The translations under genes were made by a program, and so were the position numbers. The notes below the pieces were generated by a model. The model was not told where the DNA came from. It saw only the letters and a list, made by a program, of their open reading frames with translations, and did no database searches. This document shows positions 34,674 to 44,192 of a DNA stretch of 64,000 nucleotides, piece after piece. How positions within the stretch are numbered: position 1 is the first letter of the stretch; every line of letters begins with the position of its first letter. This stretch comes from a virus. The stretch lies in IMG/VR virus record IMGVR_UViG_3300046463_000548, positions 1-64,000 of that record; one strand, 5' to 3'.

Positions 34674-36925
34674 TTGATTACCTTCTGTTGGTTCGGGAAG
34701 CCCTCAACGATTTGTGAGACACCTTTGTTTTTTACGACTGTGTAGACGTGTGCCCCTTCGATGATTTCCATCTTGGGGCTGAGGATGACGATTGACGGGA
34801 TCAGCGTGTTCATGATGCGCACGAGCTTCACGAACACCTGCGTCATCTCATCCGACAGACGCGCGGTCGGCTCGTCCAGGATCAGGACCGAGCTACGCTT
34901 CTTCGAGGGAACGAACGCGAGCAAAGCACACACCAGAATCAGCGTGAACAGCGTGGACTCAGCGCCCGACAAACGACGCACGTCGATGGGCTCCTTCGAT
35001 TCCGGCCGGTGGCACAGAATCTTGATGTCGGATTCCCACTTGAACTCGAACGTGAACTGTTCCGGTAGGATCATCGCCGCGTACTTATTCACGAGTGCCA
35101 TCAGCCGCTGACTGATCGCTTCAATGATCATCTTCTTGATGTTCTTGTCCTGGAACCCTTGGACCAGCAACTTCAGCGGCTCTTCGTCCTTCAGTTCCTC
35201 GCGCATCTCACGGAGCCGTGTGCGCATATCTGCCAGACGTTCCGACAGTGTTTCCTGCACTTCGAGCTTCGCCTGAAATCGTGCACACTTGTCTTGAAGC
35301 TCGTTCATCTGCAAAGCCAGATCGTGAGATTCGGCTGCTTCCTTGATCTGCTCCTTCGTCAGCTTCTGGAAGTCGATCACTGAATCCAGATGCGGTTCCA
35401 TGTATCGGAGCAGAGAACGGCGCTCGTTCAACTCTTCGATCATCTTTTTCAGGACGACCGTCTGAAGCTTCTTGCCCACGAACGGTTCGGGGCGCTCCGG
35501 GAGCTTGCACAGTTCCTCGTGCGCGTCTTCCCACTTGCTCAAACGATCTTCCTCAGCGCGCTCCTTTTCAAGCTCCGCCTTAAGCGTGAGAATGTCTGCC
35601 TTGTCCTTCCGGCGCTGATTGAGCGCTTCTTTGTATTCGCGGTACGCTTCGTGGTCCAGAAGCTTCTGCTTGATCGTCTTAATCTTCTTTTGGACCAAGG
35701 CGGGGTCTTTGATTTTGACCGGCTGTCCGCATGTTTCGCACTTGCCGTCTTCGAACTGTTCGGCGTGTTCTAGATGGTGTTTGTACACGCGCAGCAGCGT
35801 TTGCAGATCGCCTTCATCTTCTTCGGGTTTCTCCACGCGCGGTGGGAGTTCGACCCTAAGTCGGTCGCGCACCACGCGGTACGCATGGTCGGCGGCCTGC
35901 ACATTGACCGACTGATGCATCCGTAGCTCAGCCTGCGGGCCAGTCTTCTTGAACACGTCATCGCCGTATTTGTTCAGGAGCTTCGCGGCAAACGGCGAGA
36001 GCTTTTCGAGCATCCGCATGTACCGCTCGTTGTCGCGCTTGTACTGTTCCCAGCGCTCCGCGTCTTCGAGTTCGGCTCTACACTTTTTTAGCTCCCACGC
36101 GTTGTCCGATTGCAGGCGCTCGAATTCCTTGTGCGTGATTTCGCCTTCGGCCGTGGCATCCGCCAGAATCTGTATAGACTCCTTGGCGCTGTCGGCAAAT
36201 TGCATGAGTCGCAGAGTATCCTGCACGCCCGTGAACCGGTCCTGAAGCGTTTTAAGCTGCTTCCTGAGCCTTTTCACACGAGCTTCTAACTTCTCTCTTT
36301 CTTCTGTCGGTAGGATGTCTGCGCGTAGCTTGTCGGCTTGGGCCCGGAGTTCATCGTAGGCAGCGCGTACGCGTTTGAGGTTCGAGAGTTCGGCTGAATA
36401 CAGTTTCCGCTCAGCGTCGATCTTCGTTATGTTGAAAAATTCGGTGAAGAAACGCAAACGTTCCGCAGACTTGCCCATGACAAGCGGATGCGGAACGCGA
36501 GAATCGATTGCTACGTACGTGTCGTACTCTTCATCGGTCAGGGGCCACGCCTTTTCGATGTACGACTTGGCGATGGTTGGGGTCCGGAATTCCTTGTCAA
36601 CCCCGTCCTCCACGATCTTGATTTTTTCGCCGCGCCCCTTGGCTTGACGCTCAACCAAGATACGCTTGCCTGCGTAATTCGTGAATTCGAGAGACCGCGT
36701 ACCATGACGCACGCGGTCGGACTTCTCTCCAACGGACGGCGAGTCGTACACAATCTCGCGAGGCGCTCCGCCCAAGAACGACTTACCCACACCATTCGAG
36801 TTTTTCGAGTTTCGACCTCCAGCCCGGTTCAGGCCGTAGATCATCGAAATGCCGGGTTTGATGTCGAACTTCAAATCCTTAAACGGCCCCGTATTTTGAA
36901 GCCCAATACTGTGTAGATAATTCAT
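34670..36925 (-). CDS. sbcC: SbcC/Rad50-like (T4 gp46-like) SMC ATPase
   Basis: NGVGKS Walker A, coiled coils, CETC zinc hook, LSGAE signature, ILDEP Walker B. Confidence 0.9.
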   Translation of the reverse strand: MNYLHSIGLQNTGPFKDLKFDIKPGISMIYGLNRAGGRNSKNSNGVGKSFLGGAPREIVYDSPSVGEKSDRVRHGTRSLEFTNYAGKRILVERQAKGRGEKIKIVEDGVDKEFRTPTIAKSYIEKAWPLTDEEYDTYVAIDSRVPHPLVMGKSAERLRFFTEFFNITKIDAERKLYSAELSNLKRVRAAYDELRAQADKLRADILPTEEREKLEARVKRLRKQLKTLQDRFTGVQDTLRLMQFADSAKESIQILADATAEGEITHKEFERLQSDNAWELKKCRAELEDAERWEQYKRDNERYMRMLEKLSPFAAKLLNKYGDDVFKKTGPQAELRMHQSVNVQAADHAYRVVRDRLRVELPPRVEKPEEDEGDLQTLLRVYKHHLEHAEQFEDGKCETCGQPVKIKDPALVQKKIKTIKQKLLDHEAYREYKEALNQRRKDKADILTLKAELEKERAEEDRLSKWEDAHEELCKLPERPEPFVGKKLQTVVLKKMIEELNERRSLLRYMEPHLDSVIDFQKLTKEQIKEAAESHDLALQMNELQDKCARFQAKLEVQETLSERLADMRTRLREMREELKDEEPLKLLVQGFQDKNIKKMIIEAISQRLMALVNKYAAMILPEQFTFEFKWESDIKILCHRPESKEPIDVRRLSGAESTLFTLILVCALLAFVPSKKRSSVLILDEPTARLSDEMTQVFVKLVRIMNTLIPSIVILSPKMEIIEGAHVYTVVKNKGVSQIVEGFPNQQKVIK

Positions 36926-36961
36926 TCGCTGGTTCAGGAGAGAAGTGTTGTTTACACCATT

Positions 36962-36969
36962 TATTTACT
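36962..36969 (-). promoter_or_regulatory. AGTAAATA motif upstream of sbcC-like gene
   Basis: 37 nt upstream of start. Confidence 0.6.
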
Positions 36970-37276
36970 GCGGTATGGGCAAAATGTGCGGTCGGTAGGC
37001 TTCGAGCCCTGACGCCTCCCTCCCCGATATCAAGCAATCGGACAGCGACATGATCACGTGGCCCTTTGGCATGCTGTACCACGTGTCATCGAGTATGTAT
37101 TCCACCTCGAACAGCAGCCACGGACCGGTCAGGATCATGAATTCATTCAGTTCGCGCAGCAGTAAATAATCGGAGACGCGGAAATCTCGATCATTTACCC
37201 TGAACTCGAATTTCTTCCGGCCATCTACCAGCGCGGGGAAGTGCATTGCTGCAACCTTTAGATCATGGATTCGCAT
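36965..37276 (-). CDS. ASCH/DUF3850-family protein
   Basis: H.LK....F..L.DG.KKFEFR.NDRDF...D.L.LRE. Confidence 0.85.
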   Translation of the reverse strand: MRIHDLKVAAMHFPALVDGRKKFEFRVNDRDFRVSDYLLLRELNEFMILTGPWLLFEVEYILDDTWYSMPKGHVIMSLSDCLISGREASGLEAYRPHILPIPQ

Positions 37277-37466
37277 CGCGTACCTCCGTGATGATCGATG
37301 GGCTTAGCAACACCGTGGCAACGCTCGCGGGAAGCCATTCATCACTAATGCAGTAATCACCCCGGCCAGTTATCCACGCACGCCACTCCTTTTGAAGTAA
37401 CCACGGATTCTCTTTCGCGAATTCGCTACTTGGGTCTATACGAATGAATACATATTTAACCGTCAT
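37263..37466 (-). CDS. Hypothetical protein
   Basis: GGAG RBS at MTVKYVF. Confidence 0.5.
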   Translation of the reverse strand: MTVKYVFIRIDPSSEFAKENPWLLQKEWRAWITGRGDYCISDEWLPASVATVLLSPSIITEVRDANP

Positions 37467-37603
37467 TTTCGCTCCCGTTTCTGCTGACAGTGCGATACGC
37501 ACGCCATGATCATGAGAAGGGCGATGAGACCAACAATCGCCCAGTTCCTCAGAAATATCGAAACGCCGATTACGGCCAGCCCGCCAGCTAGCGCAGCCTT
37601 CAT
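37463..37603 (-). CDS. Small membrane protein (46 aa, not in track)
   Basis: ATGA-coupled at both ends; MKAALAGGLAVIGVSIFLRNWAIVGLIALLMIMAC... Confidence 0.5.
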   Translation of the reverse strand: MKAALAGGLAVIGVSIFLRNWAIVGLIALLMIMACVSHCQQKRERK

Positions 37604-38739
37604 TTGCTCATCTCCTTGATGAGCGTGTACGCCTCAGCCGACAGCAGATCGGTTGCCGGAACTTGAAAGCTCATGGCTTCGGCCGCAATCTTGGTGATGC
37701 GTGAGTTGACCAGCGCGAGCGTTGACAGAGTCGGCTGGAACTCCTTGACCGCAGCGCTCAGTTTCTTGTTCGACTCGTTCCACCACACCTTGCGATGTTT
37801 CTCACCCTTCAGGACCTTGACGTTCAACAGGAGCTGAGCGCCCCACGTCACTTTCTTCATGAACTGGAAGGGATCGGACACGTCCATCAACGCGCGGTGA
37901 GCGGGTCCGAATTGCCCTGCGTACAGCGCGATGAGGAAATCGACGGCCAGCTTGTCGTCACTTGATTCCAACGACGACAGAACGTCACCGAGCGCTTCGA
38001 TAGACAGAAGGGCGGGCTTCTTGCCTTCCACGCCGTCGTAGTACTGCTGCAGGCCCTGGATCATGTTCGCGAGCGTACGCATAGAACTTTCCGACGCACG
38101 AGCTACCTGACGGAGAAGATCGCGATCTTCGTCCAACAGATACGTCAGCTTCTCGCCCTTTGCGACGCGGATCGCATACTTCAGCATGTCGTCTTCTGAC
38201 GGTGCCTGAAGGTGAAAGACCGTGCAGCGTGAGAGCAGGGCGCGGCCATGATTCGATGAGTTGAATTTCTCAGGCTCCGACGAGCCGAAAATCCACGTCG
38301 TGTGCGAACTGGGCTCTTCGACCGGCTTCAGCAGACCCTGAGCAGCCGTTGCGTTCGACATGAACTGCTGCGCTTCGTCCACGAGAATGAAACGGCGCTT
38401 GGAACCCATCGGCTTGAATTTCGACACACGCTCCAGATCGCGTACGTCCTCGATTGAGCGCTGAGTTGCAGCGTTCAGTTCCTTGTAGTCCTGCTGCTCT
38501 GCAACCGGCTTTTCATTCACAGCAGCCGCCAGACAGCGGGCGAGTGTTGTCTTGCCCGCTGAGAACGGACCGAAGATCGCAATAGCGTTCGGAATCTTGC
38601 CGGTGTTGACCATGCCGCGCATCCGCGTAACGGCTGCTTCCTGACCGATCACCCGATCTAGTGTCTGCGGCCGGTACTTGCGGTGAAGCGCGTTTTCTTC
38701 AGGGTCGGGAACTGCTGCTGCAGGTTTCTTGGTTGCCAT
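37600..38739 (-). CDS. dnaX: DNA polymerase III gamma/tau-type clamp loader subunit
   Basis: LHRKYRPQTL..VIGQE, GP..AGKTTLAR, ELNAA, VDEAQ, LLK..EEP, SRC. Confidence 0.92.
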   Translation of the reverse strand: MATKKPAAAVPDPEENALHRKYRPQTLDRVIGQEAAVTRMRGMVNTGKIPNAIAIFGPFSAGKTTLARCLAAAVNEKPVAEQQDYKELNAATQRSIEDVRDLERVSKFKPMGSKRRFILVDEAQQFMSNATAAQGLLKPVEEPSSHTTWIFGSSEPEKFNSSNHGRALLSRCTVFHLQAPSEDDMLKYAIRVAKGEKLTYLLDEDRDLLRQVARASESSMRTLANMIQGLQQYYDGVEGKKPALLSIEALGDVLSSLESSDDKLAVDFLIALYAGQFGPAHRALMDVSDPFQFMKKVTWGAQLLLNVKVLKGEKHRKVWWNESNKKLSAAVKEFQPTLSTLALVNSRITKIAAEAMSFQVPATDLLSAEAYTLIKEMSK

Positions 38740-38742
38740 GTT

Positions 38743-39075
38743 TTATTCGTCTGAGTCGTTCGTCGGTTCGTAGCGTTTGATTTCGCGGTCGATTGCATCC
38801 TCCACCGCGTTCCCGATGCGCTTCGGAATCACCCTTCTGTACATATCCATATCGGCACCGGGCGGCACGCTGTACGTCTCAGTAATGCCCATGCTCACCG
38901 GTTCGAATTTCGGTACCTGCACCGTTTTGTGGATCGTTATCGTTATCGAATCCGGTGTCGGGATCGGCGTAGATTTGGTGGAAGTCACCATAGAGTTCTG
39001 CCCATTCTGTGGACGGTCTAAACATCGTCCGTTGCTTACGTTTGCGCTGGCGTTCGTAGTCTGCCTGGAAGTCAT
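38743..39075 (-). CDS. Hypothetical protein
   Basis: Between nuclease and clamp loader; start uncertain. Confidence 0.55.
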   Translation of the reverse strand: MTSRQTTNASANVSNGRCLDRPQNGQNSMVTSTKSTPIPTPDSITITIHKTVQVPKFEPVSMGITETYSVPPGADMDMYRRVIPKRIGNAVEDAIDREIKRYEPTNDSDE

Positions 39076-39104
39076 CCAGTAGCTGTTTGCGCAGCGCTAC
39101 CCAT

Positions 39105-40007
39105 TCACTTAGCTGCATCCTTCAACTCTCTATTTACGAAAGCCCTCAGAGGCAGGTGATCGGACTGCTTGCCCAACCGGTACGCCTGCTTGAGTTGGTT
39201 GTACAGAACCTCGTCGTCCTTCTTGCAGACCGAGCACATGTCATTCGTGCACTTGTCGTATTCGAGCAGTGCCTTCACGTCGCTCCATGTCTCCGCATCC
39301 AGTGCGTCGTTGTGCGCGCGTCGATACCGTTTGATCCGGCGCAATACCTCTTCCCGTTTCGTATCGGTCAGAAGCCGTGCATACACGGGCGGTTCAACGC
39401 TGGGGTTGTCACGGAGAATGAACGCGTCCATGAATCCTTCGATCTTCTTTCCATACTGAATTTCGAAGAGGACTGCATAGACCTCGATCTGTTCGATATA
39501 GGCGGCACCCGGATTAGTCTTTTTGTTGGGCGCGGCCTTCACTGATGTCGTTTTGAAATCGAGAATCCACAACTTCCCTTTCTCATCTACGTACACCGCG
39601 TCGATGTGTCCCTTCATCCCCTTCGTGTCGATCCGCACCTCGTGATACTTCGTCGGAAATCCGCAGCACTCGTGCTTCAGTGACAGGCGGTGCCACTTCC
39701 CGCATTCGAGGCAGTGGTAGTCAGCGAGAAACCGGCCGCTCGCCGCGAGATACGACTGCATAACGTCGTGCACCACTGTTCCAACGCGCGTGTAGAAAGC
39801 GGTGCGCATCGACTGCGGTCGGTTCAAGCCGTATGAGGCGTGAGTAATGAAAAATTCGCGAGGACAAAAGGGGAGTTGTGAGGCGCGCAGCGAGAGGATT
39901 CGCATCGGTTCAACGCGCTCCATCATCACCGTGTTTTCAAGCGCGTTCGAATAAACGCGAAAGAAATCTTTGGCTATAGAAACAGATGTTAGGGGCCTCA
40001 CGCGCAT
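39105..40007 (-). CDS. Cas4-like PD-(D/E)xK exonuclease (solo)
   Basis: RASQLPFCPR, GTVVH, GHIDA, ILDFKT, QIEVYA, C-terminal C....C..C. Confidence 0.85.
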   Translation of the reverse strand: MRVRPLTSVSIAKDFFRVYSNALENTVMMERVEPMRILSLRASQLPFCPREFFITHASYGLNRPQSMRTAFYTRVGTVVHDVMQSYLAASGRFLADYHCLECGKWHRLSLKHECCGFPTKYHEVRIDTKGMKGHIDAVYVDEKGKLWILDFKTTSVKAAPNKKTNPGAAYIEQIEVYAVLFEIQYGKKIEGFMDAFILRDNPSVEPPVYARLLTDTKREEVLRRIKRYRRAHNDALDAETWSDVKALLEYDKCTNDMCSVCKKDDEVLYNQLKQAYRLGKQSDHLPLRAFVNRELKDAAK

Positions 40008-40061
40008 ATAAAACCTTCAATTTTAGTGAACCAGTAATCAAATTCCCCTGTTTCTATACTT

Positions 40062-40069
40062 TATTTACT
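40062..40069 (-). promoter_or_regulatory. AGTAAATA motif upstream of Cas4-like operon
   Basis: In divergent gap, oriented toward the minus-strand unit. Confidence 0.55.
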
Positions 40070-40079
40070 AGAGGCTTCT

Positions 40080-42608
40080 ATGATCGTGCAACTGACTGCT
40101 GCAGGGCAGGCGCTGCTAGAAGGCAATACGGGGCCAGTGACCGTCACGAGTTTCCAGCTTGGTTCGGCATACGGATACGTGCCCGAAGCATCAGACACAG
40201 GCATTCACGGAACCCTGGTATATACGGGCGTCCCATCAGCACCTCTCGCAGTTTCAGCAAACCTTGTTGCGTACTCGTCGTATCTCGATTACGACTTGGG
40301 ACCGTTCGAGTTCGGAGAAATCGGACTGTACGTCGGCTCAACGCTGTTTGCTCTGGCAACGGGCTCCGCTCCGATTTCGAAGAGCGCACCGGCCGCCAAC
40401 ACCTCAGGCAACTCGATACGAATTGATGCGTATGTATCGGTCGTCGGAACGAACTATCAAATGTGGTTGAACCTGGCTGAGTCCAGCAACGCTTTCCAGA
40501 TGGCGGTGCTTACCTCGCCCGATCTGTTGCCGCAGTCTCATCAAGCTGTCCCGAACGCGTACATAATTTCGGGCGTAGTAAATAGTCAGTCAGCGTTTCT
40601 TGCGTACACGGATAAGTTTGGTCTGTGGAACTTCGACGCGTATCAGTACGGGTACCAGACGCATGCGAATGTAGTTACGTCGGATTCGCAGTCGGTAACG
40701 ATAGCGTTGGACCAGTTTGTGTCGCAAATGCAGCCGCAGTATTTCGGCCAAGTGATTCTTGAGTTCACGAGCGGCGCTCTGTACTCAGTGTGTCGATACG
40801 TTGAGACAGCGATTGTGTCCGGCAACTTCGTGACGCTCGGTTTCGACTCACCTATCGCAATGCAGCCTGCGGCGGGCGATACGTTCGCGACGTTTGTTCG
40901 AGTGGCCGATTCGGAAATTCCGCAGTTCCCAGCGGCAACGACCTCCGAACTCGGTGGCGTTATTGTTGGCGAGTATCTAACGGTGCAGCCGAACGGGCTG
41001 CTCGCGGTGGATGCCGCAGCGCTCCCATACCCGGTGACTTCGGTCAATGGGCTGACCGGCGCGGTGGTTGTGCAAGCGACGAATAACAATGCTGCTTCAG
41101 GCGTGTCGTTGATTTCGAACTCAGGCGCAACGACAGGCGTTATCAGGCTGAAGACTATCGTTGCGGGCACGAACATCACAATAGCGCCGGACTCAAACGG
41201 CAACCTGCTGATTTCGGATACGTATGCACTTCCGATTGCGAGCCTCACTACACTTGGTGGAGTGAAAGCGCCTAGCGACGGCAACATCACGATTTCGGCA
41301 ACGGGCGTTATCGATCTGGGATTCACGCCCGTCACGTCGGTTGATGGGATGAGTGGCGCTGTCACTTTGCCGTTGGCTACGGCTGCTGCTCCTGGACTCA
41401 TGCAGGTTGGTACCGGCCTGTCAGTTACCAACGGAGTCGTTTCACTGAGCGCTAGCTCTCTCGTTACATCGGTGTCGGGCCAGACTGGTGACGTTGTTGT
41501 GCAGGCGACTAACAACAATTCAGCAACAGGCGTTTCGCTGATCACTAACAGTGGATCGACTACGGGCAACATCAAGCTGAAAACGATAGTGGCAGGCACG
41601 AACATCACGCTTGCGACGGATGCGAATGGCAATTTGCAAATCAACGGTACAGCCTCTCCCTACACGCTGCCGGTAGCTACCTCAACAGTCCTTGGGGGTG
41701 TGAAGCAAGGGGCTGGTGTGAGTATCGCAGGCGACGGGACCATTTCGGTTTCCGGGGTCGTGACTTCGGTATCGGGGCAGAGCGGGACAGTGACCGTGCA
41801 GGCGTCAGATAACAATGCTGCTACGGGCACGTCACTCATTGCTAACAGCGGAGCGACGACGGCTAACATCAAGCTGAAGACTATCGTTGCGGGCTCCAAC
41901 ATCACGTTGGCGGCTGACGGGAACGGTAATCTGCAAATCAACAGCGCTGCAGCACCCTACACATTGCCTGTAGCCACCTCATCTGTGTTGGGTGGTGTCA
42001 AGCAAGGCGCGAACGTCACCATTGCGGGCGACGGCACGATCAGTGTTGCGGCCTCACCGGTCACGTCTGTAAATGGGCAGACGGGTGCAGTAACTATCCA
42101 AGCGGCCGATACGTCAACAGCATCGGGAACAACGCTGATTTCCGATAACGGTACGGGCACAGGAACCATCAAGCTGCGTCGCATAGTGGCGGGTGCGGGC
42201 ATCGCCGTAGCTGTGGATGGTAACGGCAACCTTCAGGTTAGTGTGGCCAGCCAGTACTACGACGTGCCACTTGGCATCGCAGGAATTCCGGGTGCCAGCC
42301 AGATTGTCGGTCAGTTCGTCGCAGTGCGAACGATGAACTTCGCATCTAACTTTGTTGGGTCCGCTGGTTTCGCGACAGCTTCCGCCACGGCAAGCACGAC
42401 GTTCACCATCAACCGTATTCGCTCAGGCGCAACAACGGCAATCGGTACTGTGGTTTATGCAGCCTCAGGCACTGCACCTACGTTCACGACGACGGGCAGC
42501 GCAACGCAGCAGCTAATAGCCGGTGACATTCTGCAAGCTGTGGCTCCTGCAACAGCGGATGCGACGTTGGCCAACGCGACATTCACTCTTCTCGCTACGG
42601 CGGCTTAA
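40080..42608 (+). CDS. Tail fibre protein 1 (baseplate-anchoring N-terminus, repeated shaft modules)
   Basis: LT.AG..L / GPF.FGEIGL..TLFA N-terminus; LP.AT...LGGVK and VTSV.GQTG.V repeats. Confidence 0.85.
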   Translation: MIVQLTAAGQALLEGNTGPVTVTSFQLGSAYGYVPEASDTGIHGTLVYTGVPSAPLAVSANLVAYSSYLDYDLGPFEFGEIGLYVGSTLFALATGSAPISKSAPAANTSGNSIRIDAYVSVVGTNYQMWLNLAESSNAFQMAVLTSPDLLPQSHQAVPNAYIISGVVNSQSAFLAYTDKFGLWNFDAYQYGYQTHANVVTSDSQSVTIALDQFVSQMQPQYFGQVILEFTSGALYSVCRYVETAIVSGNFVTLGFDSPIAMQPAAGDTFATFVRVADSEIPQFPAATTSELGGVIVGEYLTVQPNGLLAVDAAALPYPVTSVNGLTGAVVVQATNNNAASGVSLISNSGATTGVIRLKTIVAGTNITIAPDSNGNLLISDTYALPIASLTTLGGVKAPSDGNITISATGVIDLGFTPVTSVDGMSGAVTLPLATAAAPGLMQVGTGLSVTNGVVSLSASSLVTSVSGQTGDVVVQATNNNSATGVSLITNSGSTTGNIKLKTIVAGTNITLATDANGNLQINGTASPYTLPVATSTVLGGVKQGAGVSIAGDGTISVSGVVTSVSGQSGTVTVQASDNNAATGTSLIANSGATTANIKLKTIVAGSNITLAADGNGNLQINSAAAPYTLPVATSSVLGGVKQGANVTIAGDGTISVAASPVTSVNGQTGAVTIQAADTSTASGTTLISDNGTGTGTIKLRRIVAGAGIAVAVDGNGNLQVSVASQYYDVPLGIAGIPGASQIVGQFVAVRTMNFASNFVGSAGFATASATASTTFTINRIRSGATTAIGTVVYAASGTAPTFTTTGSATQQLIAGDILQAVAPATADATLANATFTLLATAA

Positions 42609-42609
42609 T

Positions 42610-43542
42610 ATGTTTGCAATGAACTCTATGTGGTGGGGATCGGGGAAACCCCCGTTTCCTGCCTATAGCACGGGCGTGGGCATCTTCGGATCGAAGTTTG
42701 ACGCGATGATGAAATACGCGTTCACCAATAACGCGGTAGCCAATGGCACTGCGTTGGTATCCAACACCTTTGATGCTTCGGGCACTAGCACTCCGTCACT
42801 AGCGCTGTTTGCGGGCGGGCAAGATTCAGCCAACACAAAGATCGCAACGTCCTCGGTGTTGACGTTCGCTAGTGATTCGGTTTCTACGGGTGGCAACCTC
42901 AGGGTCTCGCGTGCACTGCCGAACAGTGTCGGCAACGCAACGATAGGCTACTTCGCAGGCGGTGATATTGGAACGGGCGGCTCATTCACTGGGTCTACGG
43001 CCGTTGACATCTACACGTATTCCAGTAACACATCAGCCTCAGGGACGGCACTGTCGCTGGGAATCAACGCATCAGCAACTTACGGCACTGCGACTATCGG
43101 TTACTTCTCAGGCGGTCAGGCATCCTCAGCTAGTCCCGCGTGGCAGGGTGCTACACAGAAATACACATACTCCAATAATTCGGCCACAACAGGAACCGCG
43201 CTGTCCGCAGTCAAGTCGTGGTGTGCAGGTATGAGTAACACCAGCCTAGGGATTATTGCGGGTGGTGGTAATTCGACGGGCGCGCTGGCGGTCACTGAGA
43301 AATACACCTTCGCTGGCGACGTTCGCACGCTTGGCACCAATCTTATGCAACCGCAATGGGGCGGAGCCGCTGCCGGAATAGCCTCGCTCGGTGTTGTAGC
43401 AGGGGGCGGTGCAACTGTAGGCAATGCCGCTGCCAAGACTTCGATCTATACCTATGCCGGTGACACTGTGGTCGGCGGTACTAATCTTCCCGCAGCCATT
43501 ACTTCCGCAACAGGTGTTTCGTCTACTCCGGGGCACTTCTAA
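42610..43542 (+). CDS. Kelch/beta-propeller-like repeat protein (receptor binding or tail tip)
   Basis: About six repeats of G.FAGG...KYT...GT.L. Confidence 0.7.
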   Translation: MFAMNSMWWGSGKPPFPAYSTGVGIFGSKFDAMMKYAFTNNAVANGTALVSNTFDASGTSTPSLALFAGGQDSANTKIATSSVLTFASDSVSTGGNLRVSRALPNSVGNATIGYFAGGDIGTGGSFTGSTAVDIYTYSSNTSASGTALSLGINASATYGTATIGYFSGGQASSASPAWQGATQKYTYSNNSATTGTALSAVKSWCAGMSNTSLGIIAGGGNSTGALAVTEKYTFAGDVRTLGTNLMQPQWGGAAAGIASLGVVAGGGATVGNAAAKTSIYTYAGDTVVGGTNLPAAITSATGVSSTPGHF

Positions 43543-43544
43543 TC

Positions 43545-44171
43545 ATGCACTATAAAACCAATCGACAGAACCATGATTTTCAGTTGGCATACTTTGTTGC
43601 CGGTTCGTGTAAAACACCCGATGCCGCTTGGTCTCTTCTATGCGACCTAAGGGATGATCGACAGGACGCGCTGAACCTGGCGAAGGCTGATTCGTTGCGC
43701 ACAGAAGCAAAGCGCATGCGTGCGCAAGCGATAGTGGACAGGAATGGTGTGACTGAAGCGGACAAGCTCGAAGCGCAAGCTGAATTGCTGGAAATTAACG
43801 GGTCGGCACAAACGACGCAGAAGAACATAGCGGCTGCTGAAGCCGAGCTTGCAATGATTCACAAGTTGCAGGAGCGTCTGCAACCGCTGCGTAAGTATGC
43901 ACACCTTCCGGACGCAGAAGCGCACGAGGCAGCGCAGGCTGAGGAATGGAAGCTCGAACTGATGTATCGAGCCGAGAATTTCATGTTGATGCAGGGTTCC
44001 ATACCGGTGGATCAGTTCGACACCATGCGTATGCACCCAGCGTTCACGACGGAGATTCTGCCGTTCCTGAACGAAATCCGTGCGCAGCTAGTTAATGTTC
44101 AAGGCGATCTGACGAAGCTCAAGTTTCTGACGCCAGCACTCGATATTCCGAAGCTGCTAGGCCACGCCTGA
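43545..44171 (+). CDS. Helical hypothetical protein in tail module (possible chaperone)
   Basis: Coupled to propeller gene; coiled-coil. Confidence 0.65.
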   Translation: MHYKTNRQNHDFQLAYFVAGSCKTPDAAWSLLCDLRDDRQDALNLAKADSLRTEAKRMRAQAIVDRNGVTEADKLEAQAELLEINGSAQTTQKNIAAAEAELAMIHKLQERLQPLRKYAHLPDAEAHEAAQAEEWKLELMYRAENFMLMQGSIPVDQFDTMRMHPAFTTEILPFLNEIRAQLVNVQGDLTKLKFLTPALDIPKLLGHA

Positions 44172-44192
44172 ACAATCTAAAGGGGAATAATT

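Noticed and set aside
38465-38482. ELNAA in the clamp loader as a tag copy
   Set aside because: E[L/I][N/D]AA is the standard conserved motif of clamp-loader AAA+ subunits and is not followed by xRL.
39105-40007. Cas4-like gene as evidence of a CRISPR-Cas system
   Set aside because: No cas1/cas2 or repeat-spacer array in the window; solo Cas4-like nucleases are common in phage replication modules.
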